Assembly (NCBI GenBank): GCA_963845085.1
Contig: CAWJQI010000001.1
Location: 352,001-416,000 of the forward strand
Direction: 5' to 3'
Source of the DNA: Candidatus Fermentibacterota bacterium
GTDB lineage: Bacteria > Fermentibacterota > Fermentibacteria > Fermentibacterales > JCC-6
Length of the DNA stretch: 64,000 bases
Positions 30,092 through 39,662 of this stretch are shown here, piece after piece. Both the position numbers and the translations under genes were made by a program. Under the pieces are notes generated by a model. The model saw only the letters and a program-made list of their open reading frames with translations, was not told the origin of the DNA and made no database searches. Within the stretch, counting starts at the first letter, position 1; each line of letters begins with the position of its first letter.

Positions 30092-31069
30092 ATGAAGAAG
30101 ATCCTCGTCGCGATCCCCGCTTTGAACGAAGAAGCCACCCTGGCCGGGGTGATCGGCGCCATCCCCTCCGCGATAGAGGGAATGCCGGTCACGGTTCTCG
30201 TCGTCGACGACGGCTCAACGGATCAAACGGCGGCAGCTGCAGCGGCTGCAGGCGCCCGGGTCATTTCCCACGGGACCAACATGGGGCTGGGCCAGGCCTT
30301 CCGCACGATGCTGGGCTTCGCCCGCGCCGGGGGGTTTCACTACATGGCCACGATCGATGCCGACGGCCAGTTCGATCCGGCACAGCTGCCCGTTCTTGCT
30401 GCGCAGGTTCTCTCGGACCGGTACGACTTCGCAACTGCAAGCAGGTTCGCCGATCCGGCGCTCACACCCCGGATGCCGCCCCTGAAGGTCTGGGGGAACA
30501 GATGGGTGGCAAGGCTCGTTAGCCGCCTCAGTGGAATTACAGTGAGGGACGCCACATGCGGCTACCGGTTCTACGGACCGGGGGCGCTGGACAGGGTTGC
30601 CTGCCTCTCGAGGTTCACTTACACGCAGGAAGTCATCATCGACCTTGCGATGAAGGGGATGCGGATCCTCGAGGTGCCCCTTGCGGTCCGCGGCGAAAGG
30701 GCTTCGGGCAAGTCGCGTATCGCTCACAACCTCTGGAGGTACGCGGTTTTGTCCATCGAGGCCATGTACTCGGTCGCGCACGGCCACTCGCCGTTCCGCA
30801 TCTACGGGGGGCCCGCCCTTTTCCTGATGGCACTGGGGTTTCTGATGGACCTTTTCGTCTTCATCCACTGGGTCACTGCCGGCAGGGTCACACCGTTTGC
30901 GAGCATTGGCATCGGCGGTCTTTTCCTGATAACGTTCGGCATACTGCTGCTGCTGTTCGCCTCGGTGGCGGATATTGGCAGCTCGAACAGGAAGCTTCTT
31001 GAAAGCCTTCTTGAGAACGAGACCAGGAAAAAGAGGGAGTCGCGGGAAACCCGGGACATCGAGTTCTGA
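30092..31069 (+). CDS. Glycosyltransferase family 2 (DPM1/GtrB-like) with two C-terminal TMs
   Basis: IPALNEE, VVDDGSTD, IDADGQ, DATCGYR. Confidence 0.9.
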   Translation: MKKILVAIPALNEEATLAGVIGAIPSAIEGMPVTVLVVDDGSTDQTAAAAAAAGARVISHGTNMGLGQAFRTMLGFARAGGFHYMATIDADGQFDPAQLPVLAAQVLSDRYDFATASRFADPALTPRMPPLKVWGNRWVARLVSRLSGITVRDATCGYRFYGPGALDRVACLSRFTYTQEVIIDLAMKGMRILEVPLAVRGERASGKSRIAHNLWRYAVLSIEAMYSVAHGHSPFRIYGGPALFLMALGFLMDLFVFIHWVTAGRVTPFASIGIGGLFLITFGILLLLFASVADIGSSNRKLLESLLENETRKKRESRETRDIEF

Positions 31070-31074
31070 CACTG

Positions 31075-31112
31075 AAAAGCCGGGAGGAGTAGATCAACCC
31101 CTCCCGGCTTTC
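31075..31112. terminator. Bidirectional intrinsic terminator
   Basis: AAAGCCGGGAGG-N12-CCTCCCGGCTTT between convergent GT2 and ackA. Confidence 0.75.
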
Positions 31113-31135
31113 CCTATCATGAGACAAGTGCGGGA

Positions 31136-32332
31136 TCAGCCCGCCATTACCCTGACGGTTTCCCTGGCGATCATCAGTTCTTCGTTGGTGGGGATCACAA
31201 GCACCTTCACCCTGCTTTCCGGGGTGGAGGTGATCTTTTCCTTGCCCCTCACCAGATTGGCCACCGGGTCGATCTTGATGCCAAGGGCTTCCTGGTTGCC
31301 GCACACCATTTCCCTAATCTCGGGGCCGTTCTCGCCGATCCCGGCTGTGAACACTATCGCGTCAAGCCTTCCAAGGGTGGCGGCATAGGCACCGATGTAC
31401 TTCCTCACCCTGTCAACGAACATGTCGAGGGCCAGCGTGGCCATCTCATGGCCCTCTTTGAACGACGCGTTCTCTATGTCGCGCATGTCGTTGGAGATGC
31501 CAGAGATCCCGAGCAGGCCGCTTTCACGGTAGACCGTCTTCATAACCTTCTCAAGGGTCCAGCCATGCGTGACCATAAGTTCAAAAAGGGCCGCAGGATC
31601 AACGTCACCGCATCTCGTGCCCATCATGAGCCCGCAGAAGGTTCCGAAACCCAGGCTTGTGTCAATGCTTCGGCCGCCCTTCACCGCAGTGACGGAACAG
31701 CCGTTGCCCAGGTGGCAGGTGATGATGTTGAGCTCGGAGAGCGGCCGTTCCAGCATCTCGGCGGCGCGCTGTGCCACGTACTGATGGCTGGTGCCGTGGA
31801 AGCCGTAGCGGCGGATCCGGTACTTGTCATAGACCTCGTACGGAAGGCCATAGAGGTAGTTCACCCGCGGCATTGTCTGATGAAAGGCGGTGTCGAACAC
31901 GGCCACGTTGGGAACGCCGGGAAGCATATTCATCGCGGCCTCGATGCCCAGAATGTTCGCCGGATTGTGCAGGGGTGCGAGGGCGCTGCATTCCTTCAGG
32001 CCGTTCAAAACCTGAGCGTCGATAAGGACACTGCTGGTGAACTTCTCTCCCCCGTGCACGACCCTGTGGCCGCAGGCCTTGATCTCGTCAAGCGATGCCA
32101 GCGTACCGTAATCGGGGTGCGTGATCGTTTTGAGAAGAAGGTCAAGCCCCTGGCGGTGGTCGGGGATGGGCTGCTCCTGCCTTATACTCTGGGAATCCGC
32201 CTCGAACCGGAGAACGCCCGATTCCTCGCCGATCCTCTCAAGCAGCCCCTTCCCGAGCATGGCGCCGTTTTCGCTGTCGATCACCTGGAACTTGATCGAT
32301 GAACTTCCGCTGTTTATCACAAGAATTTTCAT
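31136..32332 (-). CDS. ackA: Acetate kinase
   Basis: INSGSSSIK, GHRVVHGG, LAPLHNP, FDTAFH, YGFHGTSH, HLGNG, FTAGIGEN, PTNEE. Confidence 0.97.
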   Translation of the reverse strand: MKILVINSGSSSIKFQVIDSENGAMLGKGLLERIGEESGVLRFEADSQSIRQEQPIPDHRQGLDLLLKTITHPDYGTLASLDEIKACGHRVVHGGEKFTSSVLIDAQVLNGLKECSALAPLHNPANILGIEAAMNMLPGVPNVAVFDTAFHQTMPRVNYLYGLPYEVYDKYRIRRYGFHGTSHQYVAQRAAEMLERPLSELNIITCHLGNGCSVTAVKGGRSIDTSLGFGTFCGLMMGTRCGDVDPAALFELMVTHGWTLEKVMKTVYRESGLLGISGISNDMRDIENASFKEGHEMATLALDMFVDRVRKYIGAYAATLGRLDAIVFTAGIGENGPEIREMVCGNQEALGIKIDPVANLVRGKEKITSTPESRVKVLVIPTNEELMIARETVRVMAG

Positions 32333-32391
32333 TCCAATACCTTTCAGATGAAGCCGATGTATTTGGAAAAAGACCTAGAAAAATACCGGAA

Positions 32392-33819
32392 TCATTCCTG
32401 ATCAGGCAAACCACCGGCCGCAGCCTGCCCGGGCCTTACCGCCATCATCGCGAACAAAACGCCGAAAAGAATCGTGAACCTGTAGTTCGTGACGGGTGAA
32501 CCCAGCAGTGACGCGAACGCGAGCATGATGAATGAGGCGCAGGCGGCCAGAAGAACCGATTCCCGTCCCGGTTCCTTCTCACTCCTTGCAAGCCGGGCGG
32601 ACTTCGCCATTCCGTGGGCGTAGAGGAACAGCAGGGAGAGCAGCCCGGGAATCCCCGCGTTCAGCAGGATCTGGAAGTAGGACCCGTCAACGAAGGGCAT
32701 CGTGACGACCCGCATGTAATCGAACCGGAAGCAGGTTATCTCGAAGCCCATGCCCTTTCCAAGAAGAAGGCCCGCCGGGCTGCCGACCTGCCTGAGCACC
32801 TCGATCCACGATGCGGCCCTCGCAAGGAATGAGGCGTCGGTGTAGTAACTGCCGGTCTCGGAACCCGTCCGCTGCATCACGTCCTCGATGCCGATGAACC
32901 CCGTCGCCTCGAGGATGATGCCGGTGGAAAGGAAAAAGGAAACGCAGAGGATGATTATGCCGACGGTCTTCTTGATGGTCGCACCGGTGCCCCTGTTGCG
33001 GGCGTGAAGCAGGGTTGCCACGGTCCCGCCAAGCAGGATGCCGAACCAGAGCGCCCGCGTCTGGCTGAGCAGTATCGCGGCAAGCATCAGGATGGCGGAT
33101 GGAATTATGAGGAGATTGTTTGATCTCCGCGGCATGACCATGGTCCTGATGTAAAGGAACAACAGGCCGATGCCGACGGCATTGGCCTGCCTCGCCTGTA
33201 CCCGCAGCCCGGTGCTTCGGATGTAGACGAACTCGTCCGCCCTGAAATACCCTCTTAAAATGATGTTAACCGCTGCAATGACGCCGGCGACGATCAACAG
33301 GTCGGATAGATGGCCGGCGGCGGTGCGGTCGCGTGACAGGAGCCATGCTGCCGGAAAAAAGGCGAGGTAGCCGGGATAGTTCTTGAACATCGTGAGGGCC
33401 TGGCCGGCGTCGTTGCCCGAAGCGAGCCCCCAGACGAGTGATGCAAGGGTCACCCCGACCAATAACGTGATAAACCGTGATGTGGAGCCTGTTCTGACCC
33501 TCCCGCCGCCATCGGGGATACTCAAAAGCCACAGAAGCATGACCCACCAGAACAGAACATCGTCAAGCCTGGTCCTCATGGGACCCAGGTAGAAGTTGAC
33601 CAGATCGAGCTGCGTGTGCTCGAGGGAAATCTGCAGGCCGAGCAGGAGAACAAGCGCGCGTTTCGGATAGAACAGAGTGGTCAGAAGGACTGGAACGGCC
33701 GCCAACAGCAATGCAACGTACGGAAGAAGGCCGAGAAACATCCCGGCAAGGATGAGGAGAACCAGCACTCCCAGCCCGATTGAAAGCGATCTGTCCGGGT
33801 GCAGCGCCGTTTCCGTCAA
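32392..33819 (-). CDS. O-antigen ligase/polymerase-family membrane protein
   Basis: Polytopic; LLSQTRALW, R...W...LLGKGMG, Y.QILLNAGIPGL. Confidence 0.75.
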   Translation of the reverse strand: MTETALHPDRSLSIGLGVLVLLILAGMFLGLLPYVALLLAAVPVLLTTLFYPKRALVLLLGLQISLEHTQLDLVNFYLGPMRTRLDDVLFWWVMLLWLLSIPDGGGRVRTGSTSRFITLLVGVTLASLVWGLASGNDAGQALTMFKNYPGYLAFFPAAWLLSRDRTAAGHLSDLLIVAGVIAAVNIILRGYFRADEFVYIRSTGLRVQARQANAVGIGLLFLYIRTMVMPRRSNNLLIIPSAILMLAAILLSQTRALWFGILLGGTVATLLHARNRGTGATIKKTVGIIILCVSFFLSTGIILEATGFIGIEDVMQRTGSETGSYYTDASFLARAASWIEVLRQVGSPAGLLLGKGMGFEITCFRFDYMRVVTMPFVDGSYFQILLNAGIPGLLSLLFLYAHGMAKSARLARSEKEPGRESVLLAACASFIMLAFASLLGSPVTNYRFTILFGVLFAMMAVRPGQAAAGGLPDQE

Positions 33820-33820
33820 A

Positions 33821-35029
33821 CTAGGTCCTTATCGCCCGTGCGAGCTCGGCACCCATTCTCCTGCATTTCGCAAGATCATCAGGTGTGGGGGCGTAACGGA
33901 CCGCAACGGAGTCGGCGGCCCTGACGCACTTCCATCCTTCGAGCACCCTCTCGAGCGCGGGAACGGCCTCGCCGCTCCATCCGTGGCTGCCGAACGCTGC
34001 AGAGGCCCTTCCGTGGAACCTGAGACCCCCGAGGTATTCGATGTGATCGGCAATTACAGGGAAGAGCCCGTTGTTCAGAGTCGGCGAGCCGAGCGCCACT
34101 CCGCCCGCACCGAGCATCTCGGTGGCGACCACGCTTCTGTGAACGTTGCCGGCCTTCAGCACTTTCACCGGAATCCCTTCGCAGGCTGCCCCCTCGGCGA
34201 CCGCCCTTGCCATGATACCGGTGGAATTCCACATCGTGTCGAACAGGATAACCAGGCTGTCCCGGTTCTTCCCGAGAGCCCAGTCCTTCCAGAGAGAGAT
34301 CACCCATCCGGGCCCGGCTGCCGTCCCCTCGGTCCAGATGGGGCCGTGATCGGGCGCGATGATGGACGGGTGTATGCCGAGGCTCTCGACCCTTTCGAGA
34401 AGACCGGTCACCAGCTTCGAGAAAGGGTTGAGTATGTTGGCGTAGTACATGGCCGACTCCCTGCGGAGCAGGCAGGCATCGAGGTCGCATGCGAAAAGCC
34501 GGTCCGTCGCAAGGTGCATCCCGAAGGCGTCCTGGCTGAAGAGGATGTTGCGGTCGGGCATGAAGGTGAACATGCTGTCGGGCCAGTGAAGCATCCTGGT
34601 TTCGAGGAATGAGAACCGGTTGTCTCCGATCTCCAGGGTTCCGCCGTTCTCCACCGCCTCGGGCCGGAGCGGCAGTGAGTGGAAATAGGCCATGAGGTTT
34701 TCGACACCGGCTTTCGACGCCAGCAGACGCTTCGGCCGGAACGATTCAAGAACGGCCGGAAGGGCTCCGGTGTGATCCGGTTCGGAATGGTTGCTTATGA
34801 CAACGTCCACCCTGTCGGTAATGGATGCAATCCTCCCGAGAAGTTCGTCTTTGAAGGGAGCTTTCACCGTGTCGATCAGAATGTTCTGCTCCCCGGTGAC
34901 AAGAAACGCGTTGTAGGTAGACCCGCATGACGTTTCATAGCCGTGGAAATCCCTCACATCCCAGTCGACGGCGCCGACCCAGTGGATTCCGGGTGCTATT
35001 TCCCGGGCGCGGAAGCAGCTCTCAGGCAT
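33821..35029 (-). CDS. fprA: Flavodiiron protein (FprA, A-type flavoprotein)
   Basis: HWVGAVDW, STYNAFL, NHSEPDHTG, LHWPDSM, SQDAFG, PDHG; flavodoxin domain AFGSHGWSGEA. Confidence 0.93.
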   Translation of the reverse strand: MPESCFRAREIAPGIHWVGAVDWDVRDFHGYETSCGSTYNAFLVTGEQNILIDTVKAPFKDELLGRIASITDRVDVVISNHSEPDHTGALPAVLESFRPKRLLASKAGVENLMAYFHSLPLRPEAVENGGTLEIGDNRFSFLETRMLHWPDSMFTFMPDRNILFSQDAFGMHLATDRLFACDLDACLLRRESAMYYANILNPFSKLVTGLLERVESLGIHPSIIAPDHGPIWTEGTAAGPGWVISLWKDWALGKNRDSLVILFDTMWNSTGIMARAVAEGAACEGIPVKVLKAGNVHRSVVATEMLGAGGVALGSPTLNNGLFPVIADHIEYLGGLRFHGRASAAFGSHGWSGEAVPALERVLEGWKCVRAADSVAVRYAPTPDDLAKCRRMGAELARAIRT

Positions 35030-35518
35030 TCATTCCCCCCTGACAAGACCCGCCACACATGGCGATGAGACCTCGGCCACCCACTCCAGGAAACGGCGGT
35101 CATTGCTGTCGAAACCGTCCCGCATGTGGCTGTCGAGGTCGAGTTCTCCAATGAACCTGCAGCCCTGGAAAACGGGAACCACGATTTCGCTTTTTACCTT
35201 CGGGCTGCATGAGAGGTAGTTTTCCTGCGTACCCACATCACCGACGATGAAGGTCTGAAGCGACTCAGCGGCCTGGCCGCAGATCCCCTGGCCGAAGGCG
35301 ATGCTGACGTGCTCGGTGGGCTCACCGCTGAACGGGCCCAGCCTCAGTTTCCGCTCATGGGATGGATCGACCAGGTAGAAGCCGGCCCAGTCGTAACCCG
35401 GTATCGCGGCCAAAATATCGCACACCCTTTGAAGCCTGTCCCGGTCGCTTCCCTCTTCCGAAATGCCGAGGTCTATCTCGGCCATCGTGTTCCGAAGCAG
35501 CGACAGTCTTTCGTTCAT
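35030..35518 (-). CDS. msrC: GAF-domain free methionine-R-sulfoxide reductase-like protein
   Basis: DWAGFY, LGPF, GQGICGQAA, YLSCS, SEIVVP, LDLDS. Confidence 0.8.
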   Translation of the reverse strand: MNERLSLLRNTMAEIDLGISEEGSDRDRLQRVCDILAAIPGYDWAGFYLVDPSHERKLRLGPFSGEPTEHVSIAFGQGICGQAAESLQTFIVGDVGTQENYLSCSPKVKSEIVVPVFQGCRFIGELDLDSHMRDGFDSNDRRFLEWVAEVSSPCVAGLVRGE

Positions 35519-35868
35519 TCCCCGTCTTCCTCCGAGAGCTTTTCCCAAAGGGCGGCAGCCCTTCTCAGATGGGGAACGGTGATGGTTCCGGCCACCACCG
35601 TTCCAACACCCAGGGCTTCCATCACCTCTGCGGTGGGGATTCCCAGTTCATGGCAGCGGTGAATATGCCACGAAATGCAGTCGTCGCAACGAAGCACAAG
35701 CGATGCCACAAGGCCGAGAAGCTCCTTCGTGGCCGCGGGCAGCGCACCGTCACGGTACGCGAGGGCGTCGACCGAATAGACCCTTCTGATCACCTGGTCG
35801 GCGTTTCTCAGGACAGCCTCGTTGAGGGCTTTCCTCTCCTCAAGAAAACTCCGCCCGCCGCCTTCCAT
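35515..35868 (-). CDS. Carboxymuconolactone decarboxylase/AhpD-like protein
   Basis: DGALPAATKELLGLVASLVLRCDDCISWH. Confidence 0.85.
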   Translation of the reverse strand: MEGGGRSFLEERKALNEAVLRNADQVIRRVYSVDALAYRDGALPAATKELLGLVASLVLRCDDCISWHIHRCHELGIPTAEVMEALGVGTVVAGTITVPHLRRAAALWEKLSEEDGE

Positions 35869-35873
35869 GGTCG

Positions 35874-36395
35874 TTACTTCCCGGCCAGGATCGCCGCCTG
35901 GACGTAAACCCTCGCGGCGAGTTCGCGGTCCATCATGAACAGACCGCCGCCGCCGGACTTGTCGACGAGGTTGAGCTTCTGGATGAGTACCTCGGCATTG
36001 GCCTCCTCCTCCACCTGTTCGGCCACGTACCACTGAAGGAAGTTGGCCGATGCGTGGTCTTTCGCGGCCTGTGCCGTCTCGAGAAGATGGCCGATGCTCG
36101 CAGTGATGAAGCGCTCGTGCGCAAGTACCGCCTCGAAGGCCGCCAGGGGCGAAGCCCACACGCCGTCGGGTTTTGCCACGGCATCAAGGCTCACGGTGGC
36201 GCCGCGCGCAAGCATGTGGTTGAAGAGCCCCATCGCATGGTCCCTCTCCTCCTGGGCCTGAACCCTCATCCAGTTCGCAAAGCCCGAGAGCCCGAGGCCC
36301 TCGAACCATGCGGCCATGGAGAGGTAGAGGTATGCACTGAACAGCTCCCTGTTGATCTGCCCGTTCATCTCCCCCGCCACGGTTTCCTTCATCAT
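35874..36395 (-). CDS. ftnA: Non-heme ferritin
   Basis: QINRELFSAYLYLSMAAW, QAQEERDHA, HE..IT, FLQWYVAEQVEEE. Confidence 0.92.
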   Translation of the reverse strand: MMKETVAGEMNGQINRELFSAYLYLSMAAWFEGLGLSGFANWMRVQAQEERDHAMGLFNHMLARGATVSLDAVAKPDGVWASPLAAFEAVLAHERFITASIGHLLETAQAAKDHASANFLQWYVAEQVEEEANAEVLIQKLNLVDKSGGGGLFMMDRELAARVYVQAAILAGK

Positions 36396-36397
36396 GA

Positions 36398-36775
36398 TTA
36401 TCGCCTCCAGAGGCCGTGGACGTTGCAGTATTCCCTGGCTGCCGTCACGTCGGCCAGTCTGATCGGGAAGAAGGCCTCGGGAGCTGCGCCGGGGGCGAGT
36501 TCGGTCCGGTAGACCCTGTTCGCGGTGTGGACCTCGACCCACTCTATGAAATGGGCCTCAACCATCGGATGCGGAACGCTTCCAACCTTGAGAAGGACCC
36601 CGCCTTCTGTCTCCACGAGTACCGGAACATGCTTCTCGGTAGTGCTGTCGGCGGTAAGCTCGGGCAAAAGCTTCATGGGCTGTCCGCAGCAGACCAGCTC
36701 GCCCGCGCCCGGATGAAGCATCTCGACGATGTTGCCGCAGAGTTCGCACCTGTAAACCTGTCTTTTCTGTGTCAT
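36398..36775 (-). CDS. dfx: Desulfoferrodoxin (2Fe superoxide reductase)
   Basis: [10 protein letters not shown]...[16 protein letters not shown]...HFI, CNVHGLW. Confidence 0.95.
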   Translation of the reverse strand: MTQKRQVYRCELCGNIVEMLHPGAGELVCCGQPMKLLPELTADSTTEKHVPVLVETEGGVLLKVGSVPHPMVEAHFIEWVEVHTANRVYRTELAPGAAPEAFFPIRLADVTAAREYCNVHGLWRR

Positions 36776-36787
36776 TTCTGCCACCTC

Positions 36788-37360
36788 CTACCAGTTTGTC
36801 GGGGCAAGCTCGAAATAGTCCTGGGGATGATTGCACGCGGGGCAGAGCTTCGGCGCATCTTTGCCTGTGTGCACGTATCCGCAGTTTCTGCATCGCCACA
36901 GCGCTTTTTCGGGCCTGCTCCAGACAATGTTCTTCGCAATGTTGTCCGCGAGCTTCCTGTAGCGCTCGCCATGGAACTTCTCGGCCACGGAGATGCTCTC
37001 GAAGACCGCCGCGATCTCTGAGAAGCCTTCCTCCCTCGCGATCCGGGCAAAGTCGGGGTACATCGATCCCCATTCGTGTTCCTCGCCCTCGGCGGCCGCA
37101 GTGAGGTTGGCAAGGGTGCCGCCAATGACGCCCGCCGGGAAGGCTGCCGAAATCATGGCATCCCCGCCCTCGAGGAACTTGAAGAATCTTTTCGCGTGTT
37201 CCTTCTCCTGGTCGGCCGTTTCAAGGAAAACGGCTTCGATCTGCCTGAAGCCCTCCTTGCCGGCGGCGGATGCGAAATACGTGTACCTGTTCCTCGCCTG
37301 GGACTCACCGGCGAAAGCGGTGAGAAGGTTCCTTTCGGTCTTCGTTCCCTTCAGTGCCAT
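36788..37360 (-). CDS. rbr: Rubrerythrin
   Basis: AFAGESQARNRY, EKEHA, C-terminal WRCRNCGY...CPACNHP. Confidence 0.96.
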   Translation of the reverse strand: MALKGTKTERNLLTAFAGESQARNRYTYFASAAGKEGFRQIEAVFLETADQEKEHAKRFFKFLEGGDAMISAAFPAGVIGGTLANLTAAAEGEEHEWGSMYPDFARIAREEGFSEIAAVFESISVAEKFHGERYRKLADNIAKNIVWSRPEKALWRCRNCGYVHTGKDAPKLCPACNHPQDYFELAPTNW

Positions 37361-37377
37361 CTTTCACTCCTTTCTTA

Positions 37378-38958
37378 TTAAGAATCATTCTTATTATTGA
37401 CAGCGAAACCCGTTTCGTCAACCCTTGAAACAACCATCATTGTGACGTCATCGGTGTGGGGTTCACCGCCGACCCAGGTATCAAGCAGGTCGGCAACGGT
37501 TGAGATCAGTTCGCCTGCACGTGCCGACCTGTGGCTGACCAGGGCGTTCCTCAGCCTTTCCGGGCCGAAGGGTTCCTCGTCGAGCGGGCTGAAGACATCG
37601 GTCACCCCGTCGGTGAATGCCACAAAGCGGCAACCCGGTTCCATCCTCACCTCTCCGCACCTGTAAGGGGCGTCCGGGTTGATCCCGAGCACCAGCCCAC
37701 CCTGATCGGGTCTTTCCACAGTGCCGTCGGAATGGAACACCATGGGCGGATCATGCCCCGCGCTGCAGTACTCGAGGCGTCCGTCGAGACTGGAGAGGAC
37801 CGCGAGGAACATTGTGATGAATGAACCTTCCGGGACCTGTGAGCAGACAAGCCGGTTCAATAGCGCGATGAGCTCGGGAAGCTCGTTCTTCCCAAGCAGC
37901 AGGCTTCTGAGGCTTGCCTGAAGCCCGGCCATCAGGATGGAGGCGGCGGCCCCCTTGCCTGCTACATCGGCGATGGCGATGGCCGTTCTGTCGTTGTCGA
38001 GGGGGATGACATCGTAATAGTCCCCGCCGACCACGCTGCACGGGATGTTCATCGCCGCTATCTCGTAGCCCGGCGGCTGGTGGATCTCCTTCGGAAACAG
38101 CTGCTGCTGAATCTCCCGCGCGAGGTCAAGTTCACGTTGAAGCCTTTCCAGTTCCAGCTTCTCGCCGAACAACCTTGCGTTGTGAAAGGCCTGTGCGATC
38201 TGTCGCGCAAAACTGTCGAAAAGCCCGCGGGTGTGGTCTATGAACCTGAAGGACTTGCTGCTCGCAGCCAGAAGGAGCCCGAGGTGCTCACCCCTGACCT
38301 CGACCTGGGAGGCCATCAGAGAGCCGATCCTGCCCTTGCCGCTGAAAAGCCTTTCGAGCGATGTGCGCCTGTAGTTGTTGAAGAGAAGACCCCTGCCGGT
38401 CGCATCCAGTCTGCCGGAGAGGAACCTGTGCCATTCCGGGGGGATCTCACTCGAAAAGTCCACCCCGTCGCCGTACCAGGCGCCGGGAAAACCTGACGAA
38501 TCGCCCTCGGGAACGATCCAGCAGCAGTCGGCGCCGGTCAGCCTCCTGCCGAGCCTGGTGGCCGCTGTTGCAAGCTGACCCGGCTCGAAACTTGAATGGA
38601 GGCTGTGGCTGAGGTCCTGCAGGGTGTTCAGTTCGCTGTACCGTTTGTCCAGAAGCCTTGCGCCCGGCATGTGAAGCAGAATGGTGAGAAAGCTGCCGTA
38701 CCCGTAGACGGTGAGGAGCAGCGCGGCAGTTCCGACAAGGGTGTTCACCGTGTCGAGCCCGTACCCGGGCATGCCTTCGGTGATGCACACCGTCATTACC
38801 CTTCGTGAGAATTCGCCGAAAAGAAGCGCTCCCGCCATTGCGAAGAGCCTGCTCCCCCGGTTGAGGTAATGGATCCACCTCTGACAGCATGCCGTCACCA
38901 GTGCCGCAAGGAAGACAAAGAGAAACGAGAGGTTCACCGGATTGTTGATCACCGTCAC
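37378..38958 (-). CDS. Membrane-bound GAF + PP2C/SpoIIE (RsbU-like) phosphatase; possibly the C-terminal part of one gene with 38955-39662
   Basis: ELDLAREIQ, VGGDYYD, IADVAGKG, SAGH, FTDGV, DDVT. Confidence 0.88.
   Translation of the reverse strand: MTVINNPVNLSFLFVFLAALVTACCQRWIHYLNRGSRLFAMAGALLFGEFSRRVMTVCITEGMPGYGLDTVNTLVGTAALLLTVYGYGSFLTILLHMPGARLLDKRYSELNTLQDLSHSLHSSFEPGQLATAATRLGRRLTGADCCWIVPEGDSSGFPGAWYGDGVDFSSEIPPEWHRFLSGRLDATGRGLLFNNYRRTSLERLFSGKGRIGSLMASQVEVRGEHLGLLLAASSKSFRFIDHTRGLFDSFARQIAQAFHNARLFGEKLELERLQRELDLAREIQQQLFPKEIHQPPGYEIAAMNIPCSVVGGDYYDVIPLDNDRTAIAIADVAGKGAAASILMAGLQASLRSLLLGKNELPELIALLNRLVCSQVPEGSFITMFLAVLSSLDGRLEYCSAGHDPPMVFHSDGTVERPDQGGLVLGINPDAPYRCGEVRMEPGCRFVAFTDGVTDVFSPLDEEPFGPERLRNALVSHRSARAGELISTVADLLDTWVGGEPHTDDVTMMVVSRVDETGFAVNNKNDS
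37379..37393. promoter_or_regulatory. PerR/Fur-family 7-1-7 operator upstream of rbr
   Basis: Perfect palindrome TAAGAAT-N-ATTCTTA in an AT-rich patch just upstream of the rbr RBS (AAAGGAG). Confidence 0.7.
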
Positions 38959-39662
38959 AAGGAACGCTGAGCCCCCCCGACGGACATCATCGCGGAATGG
39001 ATGAATACGGCCGCCACCCCGATCCAGTAGATGGCGTGGGTGGGGCCGGTCCTGTCAACCATCACAAGCCCCTCCAGAAGCGCAAGCATCGTCAACAGGG
39101 CTCCGAGCGATACGAGCATCCCGATCGAAGAGAACCTTCCCGCGCCCCTCAGGGTATCGTTCGAGAGCGGTTCCACTCGGTCTGACTCCACGGTGCTCGC
39201 ACCCGAAACAGTTCCGATGATGACTCCGAGCGTGGCTCCCGTGGCATCCCCCAGGGAGTTCAGAACAGCCCCCCCCGGACCGGGCAGCTCCAGAGAGACC
39301 ATTCCTCTCACCGACTGGGCGTTCTTCATCGCGGCCTCGGCGACCGCCTCCCTGTTCAGGGAGCGCAAAAGTCTCAGCCTGTCGCCCTCGACACCGCTGC
39401 TTCCGATGGTCCCGCTGGCAACGAGCACAACGGCGCCCCAGGCAACGCCGGACAGGGCGAGCAGCAGCCCGAGCCTGCGCGAAATGCTCAGCTCACGGGT
39501 GAAGGACCGCACCGAGAAAAGAAACACCGCGCCGGACAGGATGCAGAGACATCCTGAAACCCTTGTCAGGGTGGACCATGGCGGCAGGATCGCCGAGGGC
39601 AGGGCAAGCAGCCCGGCGAAAACAAGAAGAGCTGTGGTTGCTGGTATCCTGCCCCTGCTCAA
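38955..39662 (-). CDS. Membrane protein; possibly the N-terminal part of the SpoIIE gene
   Basis: Several TM segments. Adding one G to the G7 run (38972-38978) fuses it in frame with the downstream ORF. Confidence 0.55.
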   Translation of the reverse strand: MSRGRIPATTALLVFAGLLALPSAILPPWSTLTRVSGCLCILSGAVFLFSVRSFTRELSISRRLGLLLALSGVAWGAVVLVASGTIGSSGVEGDRLRLLRSLNREAVAEAAMKNAQSVRGMVSLELPGPGGAVLNSLGDATGATLGVIIGTVSGASTVESDRVEPLSNDTLRGAGRFSSIGMLVSLGALLTMLALLEGLVMVDRTGPTHAIYWIGVAAVFIHSAMMSVGGAQRSL

